64,000 nucleotides of DNA, taken from positions 1 through 64,000 of the IMG/VR virus record IMGVR_UViG_3300021964_000012; one strand, 5' to 3'. The notes beneath the pieces are model-generated. The model was given only the letters and a program-made list of their open reading frames with translations, searched no databases and was not told where the DNA came from. Positions 29,820 to 39,395 of this stretch are shown in pieces. Each line of letters opens with the position of its first letter. Within the stretch, counting starts at the first letter, position 1. A program made the translations under genes and the position numbers.

Positions 29820-31170
29820 GCAACCAAACGAGACTGATCTAGCATATAAAGAACGTGTACTTAATCCACTTAGTGATAGCATGTGTGGAGCCAAATGGTA
29901 TAATGCAACTATATGGTTAGGCTCAGGCATGACAACTAGTTGCCATCATCCACTTCCACATCATGTAAGTGTAGAGAATGTTATTGCTAATCCTAAGGCA
30001 CTACACAACACGCCACATAAAAAACATGAGCGTTTGCAGATGCAATATGGCGAGCGTCCAAAGGGTTGCGAGTATTGTTGGAAAGTAGAAGACATAGGCA
30101 GAGACAACATCAGTGATAGGGTTTACAAGAGTGTAATCTACGATGATGAAGCACTCAAACATGCCCATGAAACCGACCACAATGAGGACATAGACTTAAA
30201 AACACTAGAAATAGCATTTGATCGTACTTGTAACCTAGCATGCAGTTATTGTAATCCTGCTTTTAGCACCACATGGGTAAAAGATATAAAGAAGAACGGT
30301 GCATATCAAGGCCTCGTAAGCGATGGCCGCAATCATTTTACACATCCACATGATAGCTCGCAGTTGTATAGGTTCAACGAAACTAATCCTTACATCGAAG
30401 CGTTCTTTAAATGGTGGGAATCAGATCTGCACAGAACTTTACAAGAATTACGCATAACAGGTGGAGAACCAATGATGAGCGGACACCTGTGGAAACTATT
30501 AGACTGGTTCAAAGAAAACAAAGGCGCAAGTAAAACACGCATTGCTATCAACAGTAATCTACAGTGTAGCACAGATGATATAGAAAAACTACTTGATCGG
30601 GCTGATAGTGCTCCGCTGGACATTTATACAAGTAACGAAAGCATAGTAGATCAAGCAGAATACATACGTGATGGACTTGACTGGAACACATGGCAGACAA
30701 ACTTTGAAATGTTGGCCTCAAGCAATAAGTTACGTGGTTTGCACAACATGTGTACAATTAATGCATTGTGTTTGGAGTCATTGCCAGAATTTTTAGATTA
30801 TTTACTGAATATAAAAGCAAAATATGGCAGAGACTTTCCTAGTTTTACACTTAATATACTTCGATTTCCTAGTTTTCAAAGTGCATTAGCATTACCTGAC
30901 CAAATACGCTCGGCATACAAAGATCGATTACAACATTGGTTTGATCTCAATGTAGACAACAAACTATTTCATGAACATGAACTTAATCAAACACAACGTT
31001 TATTAGATTACTTAGATGTAGTTAAAACTCCGCACAGTGAAGCATTTGAGACACCAAAACTACACAACGACTTTGTAAAATTTTATACACAGTATGATAT
31101 CAGACGTAATAAAAATTTTAATAAAGTATTTCCAAGTATGAAAGAATGGTTTAATGAGTTACAACTATAA
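29812..31170 (+). CDS. Radical SAM enzyme, N-terminal SPASM/twitch (subfamily A)
   Basis: CGAKW..SCHHP..CEYCW; CNLACSYC; TGGEP; likely TTG start at 29812 with GGAG at 29801. Confidence 0.85.
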   Translation: MPKQPNETDLAYKERVLNPLSDSMCGAKWYNATIWLGSGMTTSCHHPLPHHVSVENVIANPKALHNTPHKKHERLQMQYGERPKGCEYCWKVEDIGRDNISDRVYKSVIYDDEALKHAHETDHNEDIDLKTLEIAFDRTCNLACSYCNPAFSTTWVKDIKKNGAYQGLVSDGRNHFTHPHDSSQLYRFNETNPYIEAFFKWWESDLHRTLQELRITGGEPMMSGHLWKLLDWFKENKGASKTRIAINSNLQCSTDDIEKLLDRADSAPLDIYTSNESIVDQAEYIRDGLDWNTWQTNFEMLASSNKLRGLHNMCTINALCLESLPEFLDYLLNIKAKYGRDFPSFTLNILRFPSFQSALALPDQIRSAYKDRLQHWFDLNVDNKLFHEHELNQTQRLLDYLDVVKTPHSEAFETPKLHNDFVKFYTQYDIRRNKNFNKVFPSMKEWFNELQL

Positions 31171-32437
31171 CAGTAGCGATCCAATAAAAATAAAACTAAG
31201 TGACTTAGAAGAACGTGAACGTTTCTTATTAAGTGAAAGCAAGACTTTTTGCATGTATCCATGGATACACTTACATGCATATCCAACTGGTGAAGCATAT
31301 CCTTGTTGTCATGCTGAAATGGGTGTAGGACAGGTAGGCAACTGCAAAACAAATACAATGTTAGAAATTTGGAATAGCCCTGAACAAAAGAAACTACGTC
31401 AAGATATGTTAACTGAAACCAAAAATGACGCATGCGGAAGATGCTATGAACAAGAAGCATCAGGATTCTTTTCAGGTAGACAAAGTGCAAACAAGCATCA
31501 TGGACACCACATACACAGAACACAAGACACAACTGTCGAGGGTGAGTATAAAGATTTTGAAATGACCTATTGGGATATACGTTTTTCAAACTTGTGTAAT
31601 CTAAGTTGTCGGAGTTGTGGACATATATTTTCTAGTAGTTGGCATAAAGACCAGACTGCTCTTGCTGGCCCCGAATGGGCAAAAAATAACAAGGTGTTAA
31701 ACTATGCAGGACGGTTTAAAACTGATATGATGGAACAGTTAATGGAGCATCTTGACTATGTAGAACAAATATACTTTGCTGGTGGTGAACCACTGATGAT
31801 GGATGAACACTATGTGATACTTGAAGAGCTTGAACGTAGAGGCCGTTTTGATGTGCGACTCATTTACAATACAAATTTTACGCATGTTCAACTTAAAGAA
31901 AGATTGGTTTTTGATTATTGGAAAAAGTTTGACAGTGTAGCAGTTGGTGCAAGTTTGGATGCAATGGGTCCTCGTGCTGAGTACATACGTAAAGGCGCCA
32001 AATGGGACATAGTTGAACAAAACAGACATAAAATGATGGAAATATGTCCAAAGGTTGACTTTTATATTTCACCAACACTTAGTATCATGAATGCCTTGCA
32101 CATACCAGACTTTCACAGAGACTGGGTAAACAAAGGATTGCTTCAAGCACAGGATCTAAACATCAATATATTACAAGATCCTAATTACTATAGAATTGAC
32201 ATTGCACCACAAGCGTACAAAGATCAAATCGTTGATGCGTATGAGAAACATCTTGTTTGGTTACGCCCACAAGATAAACTAAACAGAGCAACTGTTGGTT
32301 TTGAAAGTGCATTACAGTATTTAAAAACAGACAACACGCACTTGTTGGAAAAATTTTGGCAAAAGACTCAACAACTTGATGGCATTCGCAATGAAAATAT
32401 TCTTGACATTATACCAGAATTGGATGCATTAAAGTGA
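31154..32437 (+). CDS. Radical SAM enzyme, N-terminal SPASM/twitch (subfamily B)
   Basis: CMYPW..PCC..CGRC; CNLSCRSC; AGGEP. Confidence 0.9.
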   Translation: MSYNYNSSDPIKIKLSDLEERERFLLSESKTFCMYPWIHLHAYPTGEAYPCCHAEMGVGQVGNCKTNTMLEIWNSPEQKKLRQDMLTETKNDACGRCYEQEASGFFSGRQSANKHHGHHIHRTQDTTVEGEYKDFEMTYWDIRFSNLCNLSCRSCGHIFSSSWHKDQTALAGPEWAKNNKVLNYAGRFKTDMMEQLMEHLDYVEQIYFAGGEPLMMDEHYVILEELERRGRFDVRLIYNTNFTHVQLKERLVFDYWKKFDSVAVGASLDAMGPRAEYIRKGAKWDIVEQNRHKMMEICPKVDFYISPTLSIMNALHIPDFHRDWVNKGLLQAQDLNINILQDPNYYRIDIAPQAYKDQIVDAYEKHLVWLRPQDKLNRATVGFESALQYLKTDNTHLLEKFWQKTQQLDGIRNENILDIIPELDALK

Positions 32438-33639
32438 AGTTACCACATGAAAAGTTTTGTGTGTTGCCATGGGTAAGTTTAGAAACATCACCAATTGGAA
32501 CAGTCCGACCTTGTTGTCTAGCAGAAGATGAAATAACAGACAATAACGGCAAAAAATATAGTTTGCTTAATACCGACCTAAATAAAATACACAATAGTGA
32601 TTATATGCAAACATTGCGTAAAGAGTTTTTAGATGGCATTCAACCTGAAACTTGTCGTAAATGTTGGAACGAAGAACGCTCAGGTCGTACCTCAAAACGG
32701 ATGCACACACTTAACAGATTAGAACATATTGTTACAGACACCGAATGGACTGTTGATGCAAAACCCTTGGTGTTTATAGATTTTAAACTTGGCAACATAT
32801 GTAATTTAAAATGTAGAATATGTGGATCGTGGAGCTCGAGTACGTTTGCTGCTGAAGAAGTTAAATTTGAGGGTAAAGACAGCTTTCATTATCAAATGCT
32901 TAAAGATGGAGCATGGCCAAGACGCAATCAAAAGTTTTGGACAGAGATTGATAAACTAATGGAGCAAGTACAATACTTGGAGTTTACTGGTGGCGAACCA
33001 TTTATGATACAAGAACATTTTGATTTACTACAAAGAATGGTTGATCAAGGCATTGCATCAAATGTAGAAATACATTACAATACAAACGGAACACACTTTC
33101 CAGACCATGCAGAATCAATTTGGAAAAATTTTAAATTGGTTGAGATTGCTTTTAGCATAGACGATGTTGGTCCACGTTTTGAATATCAACGTGCAAATGC
33201 CGTATGGGATGAAGTAAATGCAAACATGGATAGATTTGAGGCTCTGCGTGATCGCAACACAAACATACAATTGCAAGTGTGTTCAACTGTGAATATTTTT
33301 AACGTTATGTACTTGGAAGGCTTGGCAAATTGGATTGACCAACGTAATTTTGATTTTATATACTGGAACATGCTACACGAAGCACGGCATCACAGTGTTG
33401 GTACTCTGCCTGACCGTGCAAAAGAGCTTGTATCTAATAAATTAATGTCTGCTAAGGTATCTAATTTTCATATGAAAGAGTTTGTCAAGATAGTAGATTT
33501 TATAGAAGCAGGTATCAGTTTAGATGGCACAGAACTACGTAGAAGTGTGCAACAGGTAGACCGTCGAAGATCACAGGATTTGCGTATACACCATCCAGAA
33601 CTCGCAGATGCAATAGATTACGAAGGACCAAACACATGA
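32434..33639 (+). CDS. Radical SAM enzyme, N-terminal SPASM/twitch (subfamily B)
   Basis: CVLPW..PCC..CRKC; CNLKCRIC; TGGEP; GTGA overlap start. Confidence 0.9.
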   Translation: MKLPHEKFCVLPWVSLETSPIGTVRPCCLAEDEITDNNGKKYSLLNTDLNKIHNSDYMQTLRKEFLDGIQPETCRKCWNEERSGRTSKRMHTLNRLEHIVTDTEWTVDAKPLVFIDFKLGNICNLKCRICGSWSSSTFAAEEVKFEGKDSFHYQMLKDGAWPRRNQKFWTEIDKLMEQVQYLEFTGGEPFMIQEHFDLLQRMVDQGIASNVEIHYNTNGTHFPDHAESIWKNFKLVEIAFSIDDVGPRFEYQRANAVWDEVNANMDRFEALRDRNTNIQLQVCSTVNIFNVMYLEGLANWIDQRNFDFIYWNMLHEARHHSVGTLPDRAKELVSNKLMSAKVSNFHMKEFVKIVDFIEAGISLDGTELRRSVQQVDRRRSQDLRIHHPELADAIDYEGPNT

Positions 33640-34202
33640 TATTAGTTGTCATAGCACTAGAAGAAGAATTACCAGGATCGTTACCAAGCGGATATAAAAA
33701 ATTAATCACAGGCGTAGGGAAAGTAAATGCAAGTATCGCACTTACTGCTGAGTTATGCCATAACAATCATTATACAAAAATTATAAACTACGGTTCAGCA
33801 GGCGGCAGTAAAGAAATTAAAGGCGAACTTGTAGGAGTAAGTGCAGTTATTGAACGTGATATGGATTGCACTCCTCTTGGCTTGCCATTGTATGTTTCAC
33901 CTGGCGATGAAGAACAAATGATAGTGTGTCAGACCAAACACGACAGTCTGTTTGTGTGCGGAACAGGAGACAGTTTTAGCGTGCCGCACATTAACTATCA
34001 AATATGCGAAATGGAAGCATACGCACTCGCAAAAGTTTGTCATAAATTCAATATTCCTTTTGACTGTTACAAGTACATTTCAGACAGTGACGCAGACGGT
34101 GAAGATCAAGGCCGTGAATGGGAAGCAAATGTTCACAAGGGTGCAGAACTGTTTAGAAGAACAATACTCACTGAACAAGAACAGATAGCATTTGAATGGT
34201 AG
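33636..34202 (+). CDS. mtnN: 5'-methylthioadenosine/S-adenosylhomocysteine nucleosidase
   Basis: ITGVGKVNA, INYGSAG, TGDSF, EMEAYALAKVC, KYISD motifs. Confidence 0.8.
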   Translation: MILVVIALEEELPGSLPSGYKKLITGVGKVNASIALTAELCHNNHYTKIINYGSAGGSKEIKGELVGVSAVIERDMDCTPLGLPLYVSPGDEEQMIVCQTKHDSLFVCGTGDSFSVPHINYQICEMEAYALAKVCHKFNIPFDCYKYISDSDADGEDQGREWEANVHKGAELFRRTILTEQEQIAFEW

Positions 34203-35506
34203 ACAGGCCTGAACAAAAGCCTGAAACCTTATGCATGGCTCCGTGGACACACACCTATCTATCTCCGCAGACCGAACGCAGAATGTGTTGTGCTAGTCGT
34301 GAATCAGCACAGAGCTTTAAACAGTATATTGATACTGGATCGGGCACAGGAACATACAATCCGCAAACACTAGAAGAACATTGGAACGGCGATCATATGC
34401 GTAGTGTAAGAAGGCGTATGATGGCTGGTGAAAAACTAAGCGAGTGCGAAGTTTGTACAGATAAACTTCTTAATACTGATGTGTATAGAACTTACTTTTG
34501 GCACTTGTTTCAACACCGTTATGATGAGCTATGGACCAGTACCGACGACACTGGTTGGACCTCAATGAAGCCAATCAGTTGGGACTATAGATTTTCAAAC
34601 TTGTGTAACTTTAAATGTCGTACCTGTGGTGATATGCTTAGTTCAAGTTGGGAAACAGAACAACGTAAACACAACATGGTTAATTTAGACAACCCAAAAA
34701 ACAACTGGATGCGGCCAGAGGTTCGTAAAGAAATAAGCAAATTTCAGGATACACAAATTGAAAAAGAGTTTTCAGATGCAGTTGAAGAACATAGAATTGA
34801 AGAAATCTATTGGGTAGGTGGCGAACCACTGATGTATGAACAACACTGGCGATACATGAAACGCATAGTCGAACTTGGCGATGGGCCTGGATTGTATGCA
34901 CGTTATAATAGCAATCTTAGTAGAGTGAATTATAAAGGTCAAAATCTCTATAAAGATATACTTGCTAATATACGTGATTGGCAGATATGTGCCAGTATTG
35001 ATGGCACAGGTGCTATTGGTGAATATATAAGAACTGGACTAAACTATGATCAATTTGTAGATAATTTTAAACAAGGTTGTGATATCGCAACGCACAGACG
35101 GCAAATGCGTTTAGACTTTACTCTTACACTACCTGGATTGTTTGAAGTTGTACACATGCAACAATTAGCCGATAGATTAGGTGTTGACATCCTTGCTAAA
35201 GTTATTTTTACATTTACGCCAGATATTATTATGTCACCACTTGCATTGCCTCGTAAATTATTAGATCGCATGGTCAACCAACTAATTAACAATAATGTAT
35301 TAGGAACTGCATTGCAAGACGTGCTTGTCCAACTTAAAAATAGACCAACGATGGAAGAACAGTTTCCTGATTACATACAAGGTATGCAAGAAGGAAAAAG
35401 GCGTGTACTCAAATTAGAAGAGATTAGAAATGATAAGTTTACTATGAAAGATATACTCAGCAAAGATCAAGAAGTGTTAGATTGGTGGAATAGCATTGAT
35501 GCTTGA
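34196..35506 (+). CDS. Radical SAM enzyme, N-terminal SPASM/twitch (subfamily B)
   Basis: CMAPW..MCC..CEVC; CNFKCRTC; VGGEP. Confidence 0.9.
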   Translation: MVDRPEQKPETLCMAPWTHTYLSPQTERRMCCASRESAQSFKQYIDTGSGTGTYNPQTLEEHWNGDHMRSVRRRMMAGEKLSECEVCTDKLLNTDVYRTYFWHLFQHRYDELWTSTDDTGWTSMKPISWDYRFSNLCNFKCRTCGDMLSSSWETEQRKHNMVNLDNPKNNWMRPEVRKEISKFQDTQIEKEFSDAVEEHRIEEIYWVGGEPLMYEQHWRYMKRIVELGDGPGLYARYNSNLSRVNYKGQNLYKDILANIRDWQICASIDGTGAIGEYIRTGLNYDQFVDNFKQGCDIATHRRQMRLDFTLTLPGLFEVVHMQQLADRLGVDILAKVIFTFTPDIIMSPLALPRKLLDRMVNQLINNNVLGTALQDVLVQLKNRPTMEEQFPDYIQGMQEGKRRVLKLEEIRNDKFTMKDILSKDQEVLDWWNSIDA

Positions 35507-36554
35507 TCGGGTTGAAATGCAATTGCGTGGGCCAAATGGTTTGTTGCCTGTATTCTTTGATGTGTATGATAATAGTTTAAGTCGTAAATGGTTAACTGCA
35601 TTTAATAATTTACTGGATAATAAATTACATCTTGAAAAAAACTATTGCTTTTTTGGATTTCCTGACAATGAACGTAACTTAGACTTTTTAGCCAGTGAAA
35701 TCAATAGAACTATTGCAGGGATAAATGGCAGCAACATTGACTATGTTATAAAAGATTATTTTTCTGCTGAAAATATGGTTGAAAAAAATTGGAGTGAACT
35801 TAACCAAGCAGTGAAAATTGATATAAATCATACAAAATTCAACCAGTTGCATTTATACTTTGAGGAAACACAAGGTGTGAGTGGTGCAATGAGCGAACAT
35901 TATACTAATGCTGATGCAGAAACACGTTGGTATATCAGGCAACTTAATTTATTATGTCATGAAGCAGAATGTCTTATAATAAGTTTAGGAAGAAAAGATG
36001 CGGCTCCGGAATGGATACGTCCTAGTAATGTTATGTGTTGGTTGCATGCTCCAAGATTTGTACTAGATGCTGAAGATTATAATCAATTTGGAGTTGACAC
36101 AATAGCAAGAGATCACGGTGGTGTATACGTTGGTGTTAACAAAGCAGTAGGAAAACATCATTATGAGGTTTTTAGCGACGAAGGCAGAGACAGTAGAATT
36201 GACGAGCTTACAACCACCACACTTAAACCACAAACAGAAGCTGCAGGTGATTTTGACATAGAATGGGGTAAAGCAACTTCTGACCAAAGTTTTATGCAAA
36301 CAAAACTAAATGATTTTAGAACATGGCTCAAGGCAAACAATTTTGATCCAGATGACCCTAGTTTGACAATAGGTCATCCAAAAATTGGACAGGTTGATTT
36401 AAAACACAGTTTTGGCACAGAGGATTTTTTGCAAGTGTTAGCAAAATTATCACAATATCTTGATGTATACAGTATCAAAACCAGTAAAAGTTATTGCGAA
36501 TACGATTACACATGGCATCAAAGTAAAGAACTACAAATACCTTTAATTGATTGA
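35496..36554 (+). CDS. Hypothetical protein (HLYFE / LCHEAE possible metal ligands)
   Basis: 352-aa ORF coupled to the rSAM gene; no family recognised. Confidence 0.6.
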   Translation: MMLDRVEMQLRGPNGLLPVFFDVYDNSLSRKWLTAFNNLLDNKLHLEKNYCFFGFPDNERNLDFLASEINRTIAGINGSNIDYVIKDYFSAENMVEKNWSELNQAVKIDINHTKFNQLHLYFEETQGVSGAMSEHYTNADAETRWYIRQLNLLCHEAECLIISLGRKDAAPEWIRPSNVMCWLHAPRFVLDAEDYNQFGVDTIARDHGGVYVGVNKAVGKHHYEVFSDEGRDSRIDELTTTTLKPQTEAAGDFDIEWGKATSDQSFMQTKLNDFRTWLKANNFDPDDPSLTIGHPKIGQVDLKHSFGTEDFLQVLAKLSQYLDVYSIKTSKSYCEYDYTWHQSKELQIPLID

Positions 36555-36579
36555 CAACTACACTAAAGGAGTGTATAAT
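36551..36579 (+). promoter_or_regulatory. Consensus sigma70 promoter TTGACA-17-TATAAT upstream of metK
   Basis: TTGACA 36551-36556, TATAAT 36574-36579; overlaps a stop and a start codon. Confidence 0.55.
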
Positions 36580-36682
36580 GATAAAATGGTTCAAGAATCT
36601 TATCAGCAAAATAAAACTAGAAATAAGATATCGTAAAAAATTAAAAGAACTGAGGAAAAGGGATCCTTTTATATACAAATGA
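36578..36682 (+). CDS. Small basic protein, 34 aa (MIKWFK..RYRKKLKELRKRDPFIYK)
   Basis: AAGGAG SD; ATGA overlap with metK; below the ORF-track cutoff. Confidence 0.7.
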   Translation: MIKWFKNLISKIKLEIRYRKKLKELRKRDPFIYK

Positions 36683-37779
36683 GTTATATTTTCACATCAG
36701 AGTCAGTGAGCAAAGGCCATCCTGACAAAATAGCAGACCAAATATCAGATGCATTAGTCGATGCTGGTTTGCAAGCCGGTGACGAAACAACACGTGTTGC
36801 AGTTGAAACAATGGTAACAACAAATTATGTTGTACTAGCAGGAGAAGTAAAAAACTTCAACGTCACTGATGAACAAGTTGAGCAGATTATTAGAGACAAA
36901 GTTAAAGAGATCGGCTATGAGCAAGAAGGCTTTCATTGGGATAAACTTAAAGTTGATAACAAAACAATCAACAACCAGTTGCACTCTCAAAGTTCAGACA
37001 TTGCTCTAGGTACAGATGATTTTGGTGCAGGTGATCAAGGTATTATGTTTGGATATGCTTGCAATGACAATGAAGCAATGATGCCAGCACCTATCTATTA
37101 TTCACACGAACTACTAAAAGAACTAAATGACATGCGAGCAGATGGTTATCATTTTTTGCTACCAGATGCAAAGAGTCAAGTTAGTGTTGAATATGAAGGC
37201 GGAAAAGTAAAACGTATTGATCAAGTTGTTATAAGTCATCAACACAAAGAAGGTTTTCAACATAGTGTTATAGCACCTTTCAAAACCGCAGTAGAAAAAG
37301 TACTAGGCAATTTAATAGATGACAATACAGTATTTCATTTTAATCCTACTGGCAAATTTGTTATTGGTGGACCCGATGGTGACACTGGACTTACTGGTCG
37401 TAAAATTATTGTTGATACCTATGGTGGTTTTGCTCCTCACGGTGGTGGGGCATTTAGTGGAAAAGATCCTACTAAGGTAGACCGTAGTGCGGCCTATATG
37501 GCTCGTTGGTTGGCAAAGAATGTAGTTGCAGACGATATGGCTGACTGGTGTCAAATACAATTAAGTTATGCTATTGGCGTAAAAGAACCTACCAGCATCT
37601 ATGTAGATTCAAATGGACACAACAGAAGTATACAAAAGTTTATCAGAGACAATATTGATCTTACGCCAAAAGGTATAATTGATAGATTTGATCTTTTTAA
37701 ATTTTATGAATACAGTGCAAATTGCACATACGGACACTTTGGCAACAAAGATGTTCCTTGGGAAAAGGTAGGCTGGTAA
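36679..37779 (+). CDS. metK: S-adenosylmethionine synthetase
   Basis: FTSESVSKGHPDKIADQISD, GAGDQGIMFGYA, GGGAFSGKDPTKVDRSAAY. Confidence 0.97.
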   Translation: MSYIFTSESVSKGHPDKIADQISDALVDAGLQAGDETTRVAVETMVTTNYVVLAGEVKNFNVTDEQVEQIIRDKVKEIGYEQEGFHWDKLKVDNKTINNQLHSQSSDIALGTDDFGAGDQGIMFGYACNDNEAMMPAPIYYSHELLKELNDMRADGYHFLLPDAKSQVSVEYEGGKVKRIDQVVISHQHKEGFQHSVIAPFKTAVEKVLGNLIDDNTVFHFNPTGKFVIGGPDGDTGLTGRKIIVDTYGGFAPHGGGAFSGKDPTKVDRSAAYMARWLAKNVVADDMADWCQIQLSYAIGVKEPTSIYVDSNGHNRSIQKFIRDNIDLTPKGIIDRFDLFKFYEYSANCTYGHFGNKDVPWEKVGW

Positions 37780-37889
37780 TGTTTCCACTTAATGATTATG
37801 ATCCAAATTTTTGGGTTAAATGGGCAGCAAATATTATAATTATATTACTTGTATTTTTTGTTGGCATGTCATTATTAGGATTTTTCTAA
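37779..37889 (+). CDS. Small membrane protein, 36 aa
   Basis: MFPLNDYDPNFWVKWAANIIIILLVFFVGMSLLGFF; fills the gap exactly with TAATG and TAA-ATG junctions. Confidence 0.6.
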   Translation: MFPLNDYDPNFWVKWAANIIIILLVFFVGMSLLGFF

Positions 37890-39395
37890 ATGAGAATACT
37901 AGGAGTTAGTGCAGGATTCCACGATGCCGCTCTTACTGTGGTACACAATCACAGAATACTGTTTGCAGGTCATGCTGAACGATATAGCAAAAAGAAAAAC
38001 GATCCTACTATTCCTCAAAGTCTTCAAGAACACGTTCTTAAATATGGACCTTTTGACATGATAGTCTACTATGAAAAGCCATATCTAAGACAACTGCGTA
38101 AAATTAAAAGTGGCGAAAATTGGGGAGGTGCTTGGCGTACACGTACCGAACTCGTACGTACAATTCCTTATATAATGGAAAACACCAAAGCAGAAATAAG
38201 CAGTGTTGGACATCATCTATCGCATGCGGCCGCAGGCTTTCAAACATCACCATTCGATGATGCAACAGTAGTTGTTATTGATGCAATAGGTGAGTCGGAT
38301 ACTATAAGCATATACCACGCCTACTACAATGGTGCATGTTTAGCAGGTGAACATGCTAAGGCAAATTACAAACTATTATACAAACAAACCTATCCACACA
38401 GTATTGGTATGTTCTACAGTGCAGTTACACAACGTTGTGGACTGAAGCCAATGGACGAAGAGTACATCACAATGGGCATGGCCGCATATGGGGATGCCGA
38501 CAAGGCATACAAAACATTAAAACGTGCAACTGTACAATTCGCAGATATTCCACTGTTTAAAGAAAACCTACACATAGGTATTGATGATGTTGAGTTTGCA
38601 CCTGATGTTACTGCTGAAGACATAGCTGCCGCAGGACAACAGTTATGCGAAGAAATGGTTATGGCTGTAATGCGTAGGGCAAAGGCCATTGGCACTAGTA
38701 AAAATCTAGTGTACATGGGAGGAGTTGCACTTAACTGTGTGATCAATCGTCGATTGGGTGAACTGTTTAACAAAATATGGATAATGCCCAACCCAGGAGA
38801 TGCAGGAAGCAGTTTGGGAGCCGCGGCCTACACATATGGTAGAGACATAAACTTTACAACACCATACTTGGGCTCAAATATAGCAGGTGAATATCCAGTG
38901 GATGAACTGTTAAAAGAATTAGAAACAAATCAAATTGTTGGAGTCGCAAATGGACGTGCAGAATTTGGTCCAAGAGCGTTAGGTAACAGAAGTTTACTAG
39001 CCGATCCGCGTGGACGAAATATCAAGGATCGAGTGAATGAGATAAAACGTAGACAAAAGTTTAGACCGTTTGCTCCTGTGATACTTGAAGAACATGTGCA
39101 TGACTATTTTGTAATGCCTCTTTATCAACCCACAAGTCGCTACATGCAGGTAGTAGCACGTTGCACAAAGCCAGATAAGTTTCCTGCTATTATACACGTA
39201 GATGGCACATCAAGAGTACAAACAGTTCCTGACAATGATAGTGGTATAAGACGGTTGTTGAGTGCGTGGTATAAAAAAACCGGTTGTCCTATGTTGTTGA
39301 ATACCAGTTTAAACATAAGAGGCGAGCCAATGGTTGATGATAGATTTGATGCTAATCGCTTTCAAAAAGAGTATGGAGTAACTGTATGCAGTTAG
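37890..39395 (+). CDS. O-carbamoyltransferase, NodU/CmcH family
   Basis: GFHDAA..ERYSKKKND, HHLSHAAAGF, GGVALNC, PGDAGSSLG, RAEFGPRALGNRS, FRPFAP, LLNTSLN. Confidence 0.92.
   Translation: MRILGVSAGFHDAALTVVHNHRILFAGHAERYSKKKNDPTIPQSLQEHVLKYGPFDMIVYYEKPYLRQLRKIKSGENWGGAWRTRTELVRTIPYIMENTKAEISSVGHHLSHAAAGFQTSPFDDATVVVIDAIGESDTISIYHAYYNGACLAGEHAKANYKLLYKQTYPHSIGMFYSAVTQRCGLKPMDEEYITMGMAAYGDADKAYKTLKRATVQFADIPLFKENLHIGIDDVEFAPDVTAEDIAAAGQQLCEEMVMAVMRRAKAIGTSKNLVYMGGVALNCVINRRLGELFNKIWIMPNPGDAGSSLGAAAYTYGRDINFTTPYLGSNIAGEYPVDELLKELETNQIVGVANGRAEFGPRALGNRSLLADPRGRNIKDRVNEIKRRQKFRPFAPVILEEHVHDYFVMPLYQPTSRYMQVVARCTKPDKFPAIIHVDGTSRVQTVPDNDSGIRRLLSAWYKKTGCPMLLNTSLNIRGEPMVDDRFDANRFQKEYGVTVCS

Noticed and set aside
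26488-35506. RiPP (sactipeptide/ranthipeptide) cluster interpretation
   Set aside because: No RRE domain, peptidase/transporter or Cys-rich precursor seen; context is sugar enzymes. Not formally excluded.
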